Part shown: positions 18,788 to 28,789 of the stretch, in pieces
Position numbering within the stretch: the stretch's first letter is position 1
Layout of the letters: each line of letters starts with the position of its first letter
Origin: Deltaproteobacteria bacterium
GTDB taxonomy: Bacteria; Myxococcota_A; Polyangia; JAAYKL01
Direction: 5' to 3'
Assembly (NCBI GenBank): GCA_016936575.1
Contig: JAFGXQ010000045.1
Coordinates: 70,664 to 134,663, forward strand
Length of the DNA: 64,000 nucleotides
Notes under the pieces: generated by a model
Databases searched by the model: none
What the model was told of the DNA's origin: nothing
What the model saw: the letters and a program-made list of their open reading frames with translations, nothing else
Made by a program: the position numbers and the translations under genes

Positions 18788-20560
18788 CTACATGATAACG
18801 TCAGTCGGAGGCCCGTACAGGGTTGGACGCCACACCACATACCCGAACGCGGTCTGCCCGAAGTTGTATTCCCGCACCATCGTTTGAGAGGAATCCACCT
18901 CATGAATAATGGCCTGGTTGCTATAGGCAACAATTGTGTTGTTATTCGGCAATCGCTGAATATCACCCAGGGTGGGAGTTCCCATATTCGGTACACTGTA
19001 ACTCCATACAAGGCTCATATTTCCTCCGCCACTCATGCTGAACTCCATGCCAACACTGGTCAGATTCACATCGGTAAAAGTACCGGCATTATTGAAGATC
19101 AATAGATTGCCGTTATTCAGCAGCTGGTGCCCGTGCTGCGGTCCCCATGAACCATCATTTTGCGTCAGCCACGAGACATTACCGTTTTTGTCAAATGCAA
19201 CAATCTGATGATGTTCATAGTCGGATACGGTAAATAACCCTTCCGCCTCTGAATACCGCAAGGAATTGCCGTGACAGTTGGCCCCCCAGGTATTTGCGGT
19301 GTCATAAATCAAACTGGTGTTGCCGTTTACATCCAGCGACATCACTCTTGCACATGCGGTCGACATAATGCCGCCGGTGCTTGGTACGTACTCCAGATAT
19401 GCAAAATTGTTGTCGTCAGTCACTGTCAAATCATGCGCGGCGCCTGTCAGAGAGGTAAACTGTTTTACCTCCAACCCGTCCATCGAAATCAGTTCCACCG
19501 ACCCTGCGGTTCCATTGTTGTTGCTCGAAACTACCGCCATCCATTTGCCATCGTAGCTCATACGCGCACGAGTGCTGTCTGCCAGTGATGTGGCGGTGTG
19601 CCACCATACAATGTCGCCGTCCGTATCGGCAATAAATGCCATCGGATTCTGCATCCATGAATTTGCCGAATATGATGCGAGGACCATGAATCCTTCACCG
19701 GGTGTGGTCCCGGCATGACTATCGGTAACCGTTGCGGCCTGTATGGCATTGGTCACCGGCCCGGTCGTGACGTTGTAATCTGGGCTGGTATATGTATTAC
19801 CGTCAATCTCAATTACCACGCGCAAATGGTAGGTGCGTGAGCCTTTCATTCCGAGAAGCAGGGTTCTGAAATCTTGTGCGTGCAAGTCTACCGGCGCTTC
19901 CATTCCGTATGCGGTATCCAGACCGAATTCGATATAGGCGCTGTCGATTTGGTCATCGACATTCGTCGACCATGTGACAATCCCAACGGTGCCGATGGCG
20001 CTGCTGGTAGATGGGTTCACCGTAAATGTAACATCCGTGTCGCTGTCACTGTCAGCATCACTGTCGCTATCTGTATCGCTGTCGCTGTCGGCATCACTGT
20101 CAGTATCACTGTCACTGTCGGTATCGCTGTCGCTGTCAGTATCGCTGTCGGTATCACTGTCACTGTCGGTATCGCTGTCACTATCACTATCGCTATCGGT
20201 ATCGCTGTCGCTGTCGCTATCAGTATCACTATCGCTATCGGTATCACTATCGCTATCGGTATCACTATCGCTATCGGTATCACTATCGCTATCGGTATCA
20301 CTATCGCTATCGCCATCGCTATCAGAATCTCCGTCGCTGTCGGCATCGCCATCGCCATCGCCGTCGGAGTCACTGTCGCTATCGCCGTCAGAGTCGCCAT
20401 CACCGTCAGAATCACTATCCCCATCCGAATCACCATCCGAATCACCATCCGAATCACCATCCACATATACCACGTTACCTTCATCTGTCGTACAGCCCGC
20501 CAGTTGGATTGCCGCCAGTACCGCGCTGAGCCAAAGCACAACGAAAATTGAATATTTCAT
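18788..20560 (-). CDS. Lipoprotein with 143-aa X-Asp tether, FN3-like beta-sandwich and ASST-like beta-propeller (paralog 2)
   Basis: Classical lipobox IQLAGC. The domain order matches 17348..18766. The two share identical stretches such as [20 protein letters not shown] and [16 protein letters not shown]. Confidence 0.5.
   Translation of the reverse strand: MKYSIFVVLWLSAVLAAIQLAGCTTDEGNVVYVDGDSDGDSDGDSDGDSDSDGDGDSDGDSDSDSDGDGDGDADSDGDSDSDGDSDSDTDSDSDTDSDSDTDSDSDTDSDSDTDSDSDSDTDSDSDSDSDTDSDSDTDSDTDSDSDTDSDSDTDSDADSDSDTDSDSDADSDSDTDVTFTVNPSTSSAIGTVGIVTWSTNVDDQIDSAYIEFGLDTAYGMEAPVDLHAQDFRTLLLGMKGSRTYHLRVVIEIDGNTYTSPDYNVTTGPVTNAIQAATVTDSHAGTTPGEGFMVLASYSANSWMQNPMAFIADTDGDIVWWHTATSLADSTRARMSYDGKWMAVVSSNNNGTAGSVELISMDGLEVKQFTSLTGAAHDLTVTDDNNFAYLEYVPSTGGIMSTACARVMSLDVNGNTSLIYDTANTWGANCHGNSLRYSEAEGLFTVSDYEHHQIVAFDKNGNVSWLTQNDGSWGPQHGHQLLNNGNLLIFNNAGTFTDVNLTSVGMEFSMSGGGNMSLVWSYSVPNMGTPTLGDIQRLPNNNTIVAYSNQAIIHEVDSSQTMVREYNFGQTAFGYVVWRPTLYGPPTDVIM
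20033..20461 (-). repeat. 429-nt in-frame repeat encoding 71 consecutive (G/S/T/A)-Asp dipeptides, with perfect 18-nt and 12-nt tandem sub-arrays
   Basis: ggtatcactatcgctatc occurs 4 times perfectly (20240-20311), preceded by a 17/18 copy at 20222-20239. ccgaatcaccat occurs 3 times perfectly (20425-20460). Confidence 0.95.
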
Positions 20561-20653
20561 TCGTCTATTCCTTTCTACGTTCCTCCAAGCCTTCCAGATT
20601 TCGGTTGGAGAAATGCGATAGTTTCTTATTAATTGTATGACACGTTTTCGAAT

Positions 20654-21478
20654 TCAGGGACGCTCCAGATATTCAGTTGTAAAATATAAATCTTTTGTAT
20701 TGGGTATATTTTCTATCTTTTCGATTTTAAAAATTGATTTTCTGCCGTTTTGTTTGTTCGTCATTTCCATATACTTTGATCGATATCTTTTTTTCAACTC
20801 GTCAAGGCATTCAATATTTTTGCTTTTCAGCTCTTTCAGCAGCTCCCCTTCCAAATCAAAATACAGCGCTTTTCGAATGGTATATTCTTCTTTCGCGATC
20901 CAGATTTTCTTTTTTGAATACCCTTCGTCCTCAGCAACGTCTTCATTTTTAGGTTTAACTTCAATCAGCCAACACGAAACACCATCCACCGCTTCTTCCT
21001 TCAGTGTTCTAAACGTGTAGTCTGTCAGCGTCGGTGTGTTCATATCGGCGTATGAAAACTCGCTTCCCATAAATGCCTTGGAACGTTCTGATGTGACAAT
21101 CCGCCGGGTTTTTCTGAGTGCAGGCAGATAAATCCACATATCATCCCCTTTATTTTCATAATCGAACGCAAGCACACCTGTTCCTTTGACGTCCGCCGGC
21201 GATAAGAACCGATATACCCGTTTTTCAGTCTTACCGTTGTCGAATAGTTTGGTAACCATCGCTATCTTGCGCTCTCGCTTTTCGCCTTTTCCGTTCTGAA
21301 TAATCAGCTTCATCACCGCCTCAGAACCATCCAGTTTGCGCGACAATGCAGCGTTTTCCATAATTTCTTTTGCCGTGAGCGTCGCCCCTGCATCTGCATT
21401 CATACCAGCGGAAATCACCAATCCAACAATAACCCCCAACACAAGCATGTTCGAAAACAAATATCGTCCTACTCTCAT
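20654..21478 (-). CDS. Outer-membrane lipoprotein-sorting (LolA-like / DUF1329-type) periplasmic protein
   Basis: From track ORF 20654..21484. The ATG at 21478 has better SD spacing (AAGGAGAATGGAT-ATG). It has a signal peptide, then TAKEIMENA...MKLIIQNGKGEKRERKI...RFLSPADVKGTGVL...DDMWIYLPALRKTRRI...SEFSYADM, typical of the LolA_like family found next to RND exporters. Confidence 0.75.
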   Translation of the reverse strand: MRVGRYLFSNMLVLGVIVGLVISAGMNADAGATLTAKEIMENAALSRKLDGSEAVMKLIIQNGKGEKRERKIAMVTKLFDNGKTEKRVYRFLSPADVKGTGVLAFDYENKGDDMWIYLPALRKTRRIVTSERSKAFMGSEFSYADMNTPTLTDYTFRTLKEEAVDGVSCWLIEVKPKNEDVAEDEGYSKKKIWIAKEEYTIRKALYFDLEGELLKELKSKNIECLDELKKRYRSKYMEMTNKQNGRKSIFKIEKIENIPNTKDLYFTTEYLERP

Positions 21479-21519
21479 ATCCATTCTCCTTTTTATAAAA
21501 GCACTTTAAAACAAGTGGT

Positions 21520-23841
21520 CTACGCCGCGCCGGGTAATTCCTCGGTCGAATTTCCACTCTCTGTAGGCTCCAGAAATTTTGGTTTAAATACAATCACCAC
21601 TGCCGGCAGCACCACCAGCGCACCGATAAGACACGAGACAATAGAAACCACCACCAGTAACCCGAAAAACTGTACAGGAAAAAACTGCGACAGAAGCAAC
21701 ACCACAAACCCAACCACCACCGAAAAACCATTGAACAGGATTCCCCGTCCCGCCGAACGCAATGTTATTTTCACCGCATCCATCGGTTCCGCCAGCCTGC
21801 GTTCCTCGCGATAACGCCACAGAAAATGAATGGTGTAATCAATGCCAACACCAATCATAATCGATGAAAGCATCGCGGTAATCAAATTCAATTCAATGCC
21901 CCAATACCCCATCAACCCGAACAATATTGAAACAGCAATTCCCAAAGGAATCATCGAAATCAGCCCCGCAACAACCGATCGCATTACAGCGCCTACCAAC
22001 ACACCACACAGGAGAATAGACAAAAACAAACTCAACAACTGCCCCCGTACGATGTAATCCACCATGTTGGTAATCACATCCAATAAACCGCCCACAATCG
22101 TGAACGGTGCCTGAGGATGGGCATCAATGTACGCCTGTGTGTAATGGACCACATCGGTTGCCGCCCGGGTTCCACTGTCTCGTACCTGCGCAAGGATTTG
22201 CGCATTGCGATAATTGAAGTCTACGAGTTTATTGAAATCCTCAATATCGCCGCTAAGCGAGTACAGCAGAAAGTACTGCGCAATCAAATCTCGTTTGTCC
22301 GGAACTTTATCCGCAGATGCGGCGTTGTCGTTCATTACTCTGTTCATTCCGCGCACCATTGCGGCGATTGATGATGTGGTACCCACCAGTGGATGCTTTT
22401 TCAGATGCCTTTCCAGTTTATCGATTTCCTTCATCACCGCAGGGTCTTTGATGTCGCCCTTGGCAACGATCGACACATTCGCCCACCCTCCGAAATGTTC
22501 ATTCAACATATGGGTGGCGCGCCAAACCGGATCGTTTTTTTTGTAAAAACTCATCGGATTGCTGTCTACAACAATAAATGCCGCACCTGTTGCAAATGCC
22601 ACGAGCAGAACCCCGCTGATGATTAAAATTCCTCTGGATTTTTTTGACGCGACATCCCCTATGAAATTCAACAAGCGACTCATCAATGTCGCCACATCCT
22701 GAATCTTTTTTTCTTTTTTCTTCTTCGATTTCGATTTCGGCAATACTGCCAATACCGCGGGAATAAACACCAAGCTGCCCACCATTGCAAAGGCAACACC
22801 GGCAGCAGCCAGAATTCCCAGCTGCTCTGCCGGAATGATGATATGCGAGAGCAGACAAAGAAGCCCCACCATCGTGGTGATTCCGCTTGCCAGAATGGGT
22901 TGATTTAAATGCTGAACAGTCGCATGGGCAAGCTGCTTCGAATCGAGTTCCTTGTTTTCAGCACGTTCTTCCTGATATCTCGCCATAATGTGAATTCCGT
23001 AATCATTTGCCACAGCAAGAAGGATTACGGGAAGCAACACGGTGACAGTATGAATTTTCCATCCGAGGAACGCGAGCAGACCAAGCGCAAACACGATTGC
23101 CATCACTGTCATAATAAACGGCATCAACACGCCGCGTGCTTCCCGGAAACATAACAGCAAGAAAATAAACATCAGCACCAAACCGACCGGAAGAAAACGA
23201 GACATGTCCTTTCGAATATCTTTCGAAAGCTTCACGCGGGTAACCGGCATCCCACCAATTAACGCATCTCCGGGCCCTTTCGTCTGTTTAATCAGTTGCT
23301 CCAGCTGACCAACCACTTTTTCATCTGAAGCGTCCGTCGCCAGAAAACCGATAAGCACCGTGTGTTTGAAATCCTTCGATACGATGTTCCCGTACACCAA
23401 CTCATTTTCTTTTAAATCATGACGTAGCGTTTCCTTCTGCTTCTCGCTTTTCGGTATACGGCGAATCGCCTGTTCCACCACCAGCTCTCCGCATTCGGCA
23501 CTGATATGTTTGGCGGTGAAAAGAGTGATTACCCGATCGAACTCTTTGATATGTTCAAACTTTTTCGACATTTCCTTCAACCGGTGAATCACGTCGATAT
23601 CGAGAATATCATCGGCAGAAAGCACAATCATGATCATATCGGTTCCACCGAACAGCTTTTCAATTTGGGTCAGATTTTTTCGAGTGGGCAAATCCACAGG
23701 CAGTTGATTCTTCATCTCCGTATCCAACTCAATGTGCCGAAGTTGAAAAGCAGCGGCAACCGTAACTGCAACAAAAATAACGATAATCGGCCAGGGGTGT
23801 GAGGTGACAAAATTTGCAAAACTGTTCTTCCGCTGTTTCAT
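21520..23841 (-). CDS. RND-superfamily exporter of the MMPL/HpnN (COG1033) type
   Basis: 773 aa with two blocks of about 6 TM helices, each following a periplasmic loop. The N-terminus FVTSHPWPIIVIFVAVTVAAAFQLRHIELDTEMKNQLP and SSD-like helices are typical of this family. Confidence 0.85.
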   Translation of the reverse strand: MKQRKNSFANFVTSHPWPIIVIFVAVTVAAAFQLRHIELDTEMKNQLPVDLPTRKNLTQIEKLFGGTDMIMIVLSADDILDIDVIHRLKEMSKKFEHIKEFDRVITLFTAKHISAECGELVVEQAIRRIPKSEKQKETLRHDLKENELVYGNIVSKDFKHTVLIGFLATDASDEKVVGQLEQLIKQTKGPGDALIGGMPVTRVKLSKDIRKDMSRFLPVGLVLMFIFLLLCFREARGVLMPFIMTVMAIVFALGLLAFLGWKIHTVTVLLPVILLAVANDYGIHIMARYQEERAENKELDSKQLAHATVQHLNQPILASGITTMVGLLCLLSHIIIPAEQLGILAAAGVAFAMVGSLVFIPAVLAVLPKSKSKKKKEKKIQDVATLMSRLLNFIGDVASKKSRGILIISGVLLVAFATGAAFIVVDSNPMSFYKKNDPVWRATHMLNEHFGGWANVSIVAKGDIKDPAVMKEIDKLERHLKKHPLVGTTSSIAAMVRGMNRVMNDNAASADKVPDKRDLIAQYFLLYSLSGDIEDFNKLVDFNYRNAQILAQVRDSGTRAATDVVHYTQAYIDAHPQAPFTIVGGLLDVITNMVDYIVRGQLLSLFLSILLCGVLVGAVMRSVVAGLISMIPLGIAVSILFGLMGYWGIELNLITAMLSSIMIGVGIDYTIHFLWRYREERRLAEPMDAVKITLRSAGRGILFNGFSVVVGFVVLLLSQFFPVQFFGLLVVVSIVSCLIGALVVLPAVVIVFKPKFLEPTESGNSTEELPGAA

Positions 23842-23854
23842 TTTATTCTCTTCC

Positions 23855-25402
23855 CTAGAACGATAATTTCATTTCCGCGTATCCGGCGCTCTGCAACTGA
23901 TCGATCATTCCGAACAATGTATCATCAGGCCCCATGTACAATTCCGCACCTACGCTGACCGTCATATCGTCGACCAACTTGTACGCAATTTTCGGGTACA
24001 CCAACCACTCTCCGGTTGAAAAGTTCGCCATACCGAACGCCACGAGAGAAAGTGTGTCGTGCAGCGTTGTCCAGGTGATACGCAACGACGCACCGTGCTG
24101 AATCTTTTCTGTATGGCCGTGAATCAGCTGATTTTTTACCGCCAATTCCCGGTACGCCATATAACTTCGCGTTTCCTCCGGAATGAATCCATAATTCTGA
24201 ATCACGGTATCCAGATGATCCAGGTCCAAATCCATGGCCAGAGAATTGATAAATTCCTCAATGGTGCTGTCACCGTCCGGTACGGTTTCCCAATCAAGTA
24301 CATATCGCCCGATATATTGACCGATAAGCAACACATTACCGATTTCCTTGTCCGCTCCAAGTACATAGTACACATCAGGCTTCGGAACATGAATACGCTG
24401 GTCACGAATGCTCGGTTTCTCGGTGGGGTACCGAAACGCAGCCTCTCCTCGCAGTCCGAATAGAGAAGCAATCGTGGTAGAAAAATCGGCCCCCACCACG
24501 TGATGTTTGTATGCACGACGCGAAACCGTCACCGATGCCGGAACGTCTGTAAGCTGGTACGACTCGAGCGACAGACCCGGCGTTAAAGAAAAGCCGTACA
24601 AATACGAAAGCGACATCTCGAACGATGAGAAAATCAGATGCGTCTTTCCGGCAATCAATCCGTTCAACACATCAAAGTCAGGATACACCGGGTCGCTAAA
24701 AACAATAGCATCTGACAACGCCACTTTCGGCATTACCGACGGAACATATATGGGCATCCACACGACTTCCAAGCGCAATGGGTTCAAGTTCAACCGCGCA
24801 CGCAATCCGATGTTGGCCAAACGCCGGTCGTCTTCTTCAGGCGAGCGAACCCGAATATCGACAGGTGTGATACTATTTGTTGGATTGATGCCATCGGCGC
24901 GTCCCCAAACAACAATCTGTTGACCCAGCCTCAGTTCCAAGCGACTGAGGTATAGATTGACATACGCTTCACGAAGCATAATTGATGTGTCAAACTCGCC
25001 TATCGACTCTCCTCCGCCCGATCGTTCTGTAGGTTGTCCCAGATATGTTTCATCATTCAAGTACCCTCCTTTCAATCGAAGCTCGGCGAAACCGTCCGTC
25101 ATCCGTTCTTTCACCGCCCGTAACTTCAACGCCAGTTCCCCATACCCTGTTTTCAGCTCAGCCCTGGGCTGTCGCGGCATTTTTCCGACAAACACGTCGC
25201 CGCGGATGTAGCCGTTCAAATCGAATGTCAAAGGATTCTGTACGACCGTTTCGGTTGATTCCCCATTGGAATCCACAGGCGATGCAGGGGCGGTATCTGT
25301 TTCATTCCCCGAAACCGCGTCGTCGAACAATCCGGCCGAAGCGATACCGGGTATGTGCGCAAGAATAAGAAATCCAATCAGTGCCTTAATACCATGTTTC
25401 AT
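23855..25402 (-). CDS. Outer-membrane beta-barrel, DUF1302-like
   Basis: Signal peptide ...GIASA. It has LREAYVNLYLSRLELRLGQQIVVWGRADGINPTN (a DUF1302-type motif), alternating beta-strand pattern, and the C-terminal YAEMKLSF. Confidence 0.5.
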   Translation of the reverse strand: MKHGIKALIGFLILAHIPGIASAGLFDDAVSGNETDTAPASPVDSNGESTETVVQNPLTFDLNGYIRGDVFVGKMPRQPRAELKTGYGELALKLRAVKERMTDGFAELRLKGGYLNDETYLGQPTERSGGGESIGEFDTSIMLREAYVNLYLSRLELRLGQQIVVWGRADGINPTNSITPVDIRVRSPEEDDRRLANIGLRARLNLNPLRLEVVWMPIYVPSVMPKVALSDAIVFSDPVYPDFDVLNGLIAGKTHLIFSSFEMSLSYLYGFSLTPGLSLESYQLTDVPASVTVSRRAYKHHVVGADFSTTIASLFGLRGEAAFRYPTEKPSIRDQRIHVPKPDVYYVLGADKEIGNVLLIGQYIGRYVLDWETVPDGDSTIEEFINSLAMDLDLDHLDTVIQNYGFIPEETRSYMAYRELAVKNQLIHGHTEKIQHGASLRITWTTLHDTLSLVAFGMANFSTGEWLVYPKIAYKLVDDMTVSVGAELYMGPDDTLFGMIDQLQSAGYAEMKLSF

Positions 25403-25403
25403 G

Positions 25404-26909
25404 TCAGAACCTGTACGATAATGCGAGCGATGAAAAGTGATAACTGCTCACATATACTCCGCTATTCGCTGTGGCTGAGGGCTGTTCAGGATAGTGGGCA
25501 TCGCAATTGTTGTTATCGGTATACGGCGCCTCACAAAAGCTTCCCGGAACTTGTTGATAAATCTGTCCGTTACTTTCGCTCATTGAAAATGGAATTTCAT
25601 ATACATAGGTGTATGACAGGGACACATCAAATCTTCCCAATATCAATGTTGTGCCCGCGCTCGCACCGAGTCGATGGGTGGCGGGAAAATCCACATAGGC
25701 AAAATTCTTTCTACTCGCTGCTGTTTCATAGAATGTACCTGCACGTATAATAAGACGATTGTCTATCACGTTCATGTCACCCCCAAACCGCACACTGAAC
25801 GTGTTTTTCCAGTGTTTCGGTATGACAATCTCTCCGACTTCAACACTGACCCCCATGACATCAGCGTACAGTCCCTTGCCGTCGATGATGTATTCATCCA
25901 TCTGGGACCAGAACTCATAGCGAACATCAAGTTCCAAGTCGTACAGATCTCTCTTTCCGCGCAAATGAATGTATCTCGCACCTGCCCGCAGCTCCATCGG
26001 AAGGGTCATTGCAAACGTCACGTTGTTATCAGGATTGTCGTTTCTGCTGAGCTCCGGCGCTTCTTCAAGAGAAAGAAACACTGGTGTGAGCGAAAGCTCG
26101 CTGTCCGCGTGTAGATAAGTAGGAATCAGCCGTCCGGAAAACGCCAGTTGAAAAGAAGGCATTGGATGCACCCAGAATCCGAGAATTGCCGAAATCCCGG
26201 TATGGTCTGCGCCTTTCACAGTAGCCGCCATATCAAACAGGCTGGAAACCGGGCTGACCTGCCCGGGAGTCGTATCTCCGTTCACAATTAATTGCAATTC
26301 CAACTGTGCCAAATCCACCCACTGCAGACTGACCCCCACACCGAACACATCCTTGTACCGCCATGCCGCACTGAGGCTGTAATACAGAATTTTTGTATCC
26401 CGCCGTGTCAACATATAGCGCTGACCACCGTCTTGCGAAAATTCCTGCGTGGAAATACCGGCCGGTGCGTAGGTTCCCAACGCAAACGCCCAGCTCTGAA
26501 GGCCGAAATCCGTCGATACGACAATCATCGGCCCGAGCAACTGCCAAGTGTGCTCGTTATTCACAGTGTCAAATGTTACGTAGTCGGGAATACCCTCGCC
26601 GGCCTCGCTCCAGTCCAGTAAAGGCGCACGCCTGAATTGTTCATGCGCGTAACCGAACCGATTACTCAGATATAGTTGCGTGCCGTGTAGAGATGTCAAT
26701 CCCGCGGGGTTATATTCAATGGCGGTGGCATCATCAGCTTTAGCAACAAAGGCACCACCTCGACCAGCGGCCACCGCGCCCTGATCTCCCACCGATATTC
26801 CAGCAGACAACACATCATTCGAAAACATGACGATGATTCCCCCCAACGCGCATAGAACAATAAAAAAAGCCATCTGAAACTGTCGATGCGGCCGATAGAA
26901 CACAGTCAC
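25404..26909 (-). CDS. Outer-membrane hydrophobic-compound channel, FadL/TodX (OMPP1) family-like
   Basis: From track ORF 25404..27020. The likely start is the GTG at 26909 (stop 26923, SD GAGAGG), with ATG 26873 as the alternative. It has AVAAGRGGAFVAKADDATAIEYNPAGLTSL (FadL N-terminal signature) and the C-terminal LALSYRF. Its stop is 1 nt from the next start (TGA-C-ATG). Confidence 0.65.
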   Translation of the reverse strand: MTVFYRPHRQFQMAFFIVLCALGGIIVMFSNDVLSAGISVGDQGAVAAGRGGAFVAKADDATAIEYNPAGLTSLHGTQLYLSNRFGYAHEQFRRAPLLDWSEAGEGIPDYVTFDTVNNEHTWQLLGPMIVVSTDFGLQSWAFALGTYAPAGISTQEFSQDGGQRYMLTRRDTKILYYSLSAAWRYKDVFGVGVSLQWVDLAQLELQLIVNGDTTPGQVSPVSSLFDMAATVKGADHTGISAILGFWVHPMPSFQLAFSGRLIPTYLHADSELSLTPVFLSLEEAPELSRNDNPDNNVTFAMTLPMELRAGARYIHLRGKRDLYDLELDVRYEFWSQMDEYIIDGKGLYADVMGVSVEVGEIVIPKHWKNTFSVRFGGDMNVIDNRLIIRAGTFYETAASRKNFAYVDFPATHRLGASAGTTLILGRFDVSLSYTYVYEIPFSMSESNGQIYQQVPGSFCEAPYTDNNNCDAHYPEQPSATANSGVYVSSYHFSSLALSYRF

Positions 26910-26922
26910 CCCTTTGCCTCTC

Positions 26923-27954
26923 CTATACCCCTGTACAATCCGCTGACATGGTGTTTCTGAACAACGAAGTAACATCTTCAGCTTCAAAGAAAGCCGATAG
27001 TCGATAACCGATTCGCCCATCCGCTGTCACACAGCTGGGTACGATTTCAGCTGCATCCATAATTCCGCGAAAGGTCGCCCAGTTTCCATTTTGCCCACAG
27101 GCGCTGGCGCAATAGCCCGAAATCGCTTCCACTGAAAACGATTCAAACGGATCTTCCGGCGGTGTCGGAAAACCGGTTTCCGGTAAAGCGCCGTCTTTAC
27201 TGCACAATCCGGCCTTGATACACATACAAATTTGATTGACCGACTCCTGCGGCAGGCACCCTTCAAGATGCCCCGACGAAATCTGACTACAGTTTTCATT
27301 AAAACCGAACGTAACATGCAGATCATGAATCGGCGTGCTGTTCGCGGGAGACAACAACGGCGCACACATCAGAGGATCAGTCTGCGGCCCCAAATGAAAA
27401 TATAACGTCTGTGCCTCGGTGTTTCTGAATCTGCACTGATAACCGTTTGACGGAATGACATCAACGCCGATATTCAACGATTCATCCATAAAACAATACG
27501 ACTCAATCGTCGAAAAATCATCGTTTGAATATCCGGTAGAAGGCGTGCGCCAGGCCGGGCCCACACTCAATTGCAGCCTGGAGAAGGCCGCGAGTTCGTC
27601 GTCATCGGCTTCTGCAATGTCAACCACGAACAGCACATTCAGCAGGTAATTCGAAATCTCGTATTCCCACATGCTGTCGAGTGTCACGTTCAGCCTGGCC
27701 GGTTGGTCAACGGTTAAACGGGTAAATCGATAGGCCCGGCCTGTCACGTCCTCGGGCGTGCAGTTGCACTGAGTATTCTCCCCTGTCGCATCGCCTTGGA
27801 TAAAGACATCCGGAGCCGGCGGCTCAATAATGTCCACACAAGCAACAACGGTCATCATCGCAACGGCCAATGTAGTTGTCAGCCTATACGCCTGCGACGT
27901 TCTCACCGCTCTCTTCATGTGAAATACATGCTTACAGATTCGCACAAGGGTCAT
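26923..27954 (-). CDS. Cys-rich lipoprotein of unknown function
   Basis: From track ORF 26923..27975 (GTG start). The ATG at 27954 lies 1 nt after the upstream stop, with ATG 27918 as the alternative. Lipobox MTVVAC. About 16 Cys. No family recognised. Confidence 0.45.
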   Translation of the reverse strand: MTLVRICKHVFHMKRAVRTSQAYRLTTTLAVAMMTVVACVDIIEPPAPDVFIQGDATGENTQCNCTPEDVTGRAYRFTRLTVDQPARLNVTLDSMWEYEISNYLLNVLFVVDIAEADDDELAAFSRLQLSVGPAWRTPSTGYSNDDFSTIESYCFMDESLNIGVDVIPSNGYQCRFRNTEAQTLYFHLGPQTDPLMCAPLLSPANSTPIHDLHVTFGFNENCSQISSGHLEGCLPQESVNQICMCIKAGLCSKDGALPETGFPTPPEDPFESFSVEAISGYCASACGQNGNWATFRGIMDAAEIVPSCVTADGRIGYRLSAFFEAEDVTSLFRNTMSADCTGV

Positions 27955-27955
27955 C

Positions 27956-28756
27956 CTATTCTGCGCACTCCGCACTTGCTGCTACGACTTCTGTCAACTG
28001 AAGACCTGAAACGACCTGACCAGTTACATTACTTGCGGTAAGATGCATGCAGAACAACTCGCCGTCATGTTCGCATTCTTCACATGCAAATCCCATCGTC
28101 GGCGCAGTGTTGCAAATCTTTTCAGGCGTGGGGTCTGTAAACATGATTGTAAACAGTTCGTAAATATCTCTGAAATCAACTGTGGCTTTGAGGGTACCAT
28201 CGATAAATGCATCTCCTCCGTTCACCAGAGACCCTGAAATACTCAAATCATGAATGGTTGCTACTTCGAAGGCACCATTTCCTTCAATAACGGTTTCCAG
28301 ATTTGTCGGACCAATCAGAAAATCGGGATTGTCCGCAATCGTGCCGCTGCACGAGGCCGTGGCACTACACATATCCTGCACACCGTCATTCATCGTTCCC
28401 ATCGAAGTCGTCAGCGCGGATTGAGCGATTTCTACAACGGTAAAGGCAAATATCGGAACATATCCGCCCAACTCCGCCCCCACACCGGACGGTGTCCAGT
28501 TTGCAGCCGGAATTTCATCCAGGGCATAGGTATTCGCCAAAATAACACTAACGTCTTCCAGGGGCGTTGCATCTAAAGTTTCGCTGGGGGTATCTGATTC
28601 CGAATCCACATCGGTTCCGCTGTCAGATGCAGTGTCACTATCGTTCGTGTCGATATTATCAGAATCATCGGCCTCATCCCCGGTTTTGTCGCCACAACTC
28701 AGCAGTAGCAGACAAAACAACCCTACCAATCCGGACAATTTCAATTGCGTTTCCAT
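27956..28756 (-). CDS. Lipoprotein with acidic D/S/T linker; unknown function
   Basis: SD GGAGG. Lipobox LLLSC. Linker DEADDSDNIDTNDSDTASDSGTDVDSESDTPSE. The C-terminal Cys cluster is ACEECEHDGELFC. Confidence 0.5.
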   Translation of the reverse strand: METQLKLSGLVGLFCLLLLSCGDKTGDEADDSDNIDTNDSDTASDSGTDVDSESDTPSETLDATPLEDVSVILANTYALDEIPAANWTPSGVGAELGGYVPIFAFTVVEIAQSALTTSMGTMNDGVQDMCSATASCSGTIADNPDFLIGPTNLETVIEGNGAFEVATIHDLSISGSLVNGGDAFIDGTLKATVDFRDIYELFTIMFTDPTPEKICNTAPTMGFACEECEHDGELFCMHLTASNVTGQVVSGLQLTEVVAASAECAE

Positions 28757-28789
28757 GTTACTTTTTCCTCCATTTGTTCTTCGCCGGTT

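Noticed and set aside
19874-20621. Long ORFs in other frames and strands over the X-Asp repeat (19874..20551 +, 19974..20621 +, 20017..20541 -), translating to poly-(I/A/V/T) or poly-(S/L/V)
   Set aside because: These are an artefact of the 6-nt periodic GAY-NNN repeat, which is open in most frames. Only the minus frame links a lipobox signal peptide to a conserved globular domain. The same reasoning applies to 7724..8215(-), 7852..8127(-), 7888..8130(+) and 17061..17690(+).
20641-20760. Very AT-rich patch (I counted 20/60 and 17/60 G+C in two consecutive 60-nt lines) as a sign of horizontal transfer
   Set aside because: It corresponds to the Lys/Ile/Asn/Phe-rich C-terminus of the LolA-like protein, and the neighbouring RND gene has ordinary composition. 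Without a computed GC or k-mer profile I cannot claim an island.
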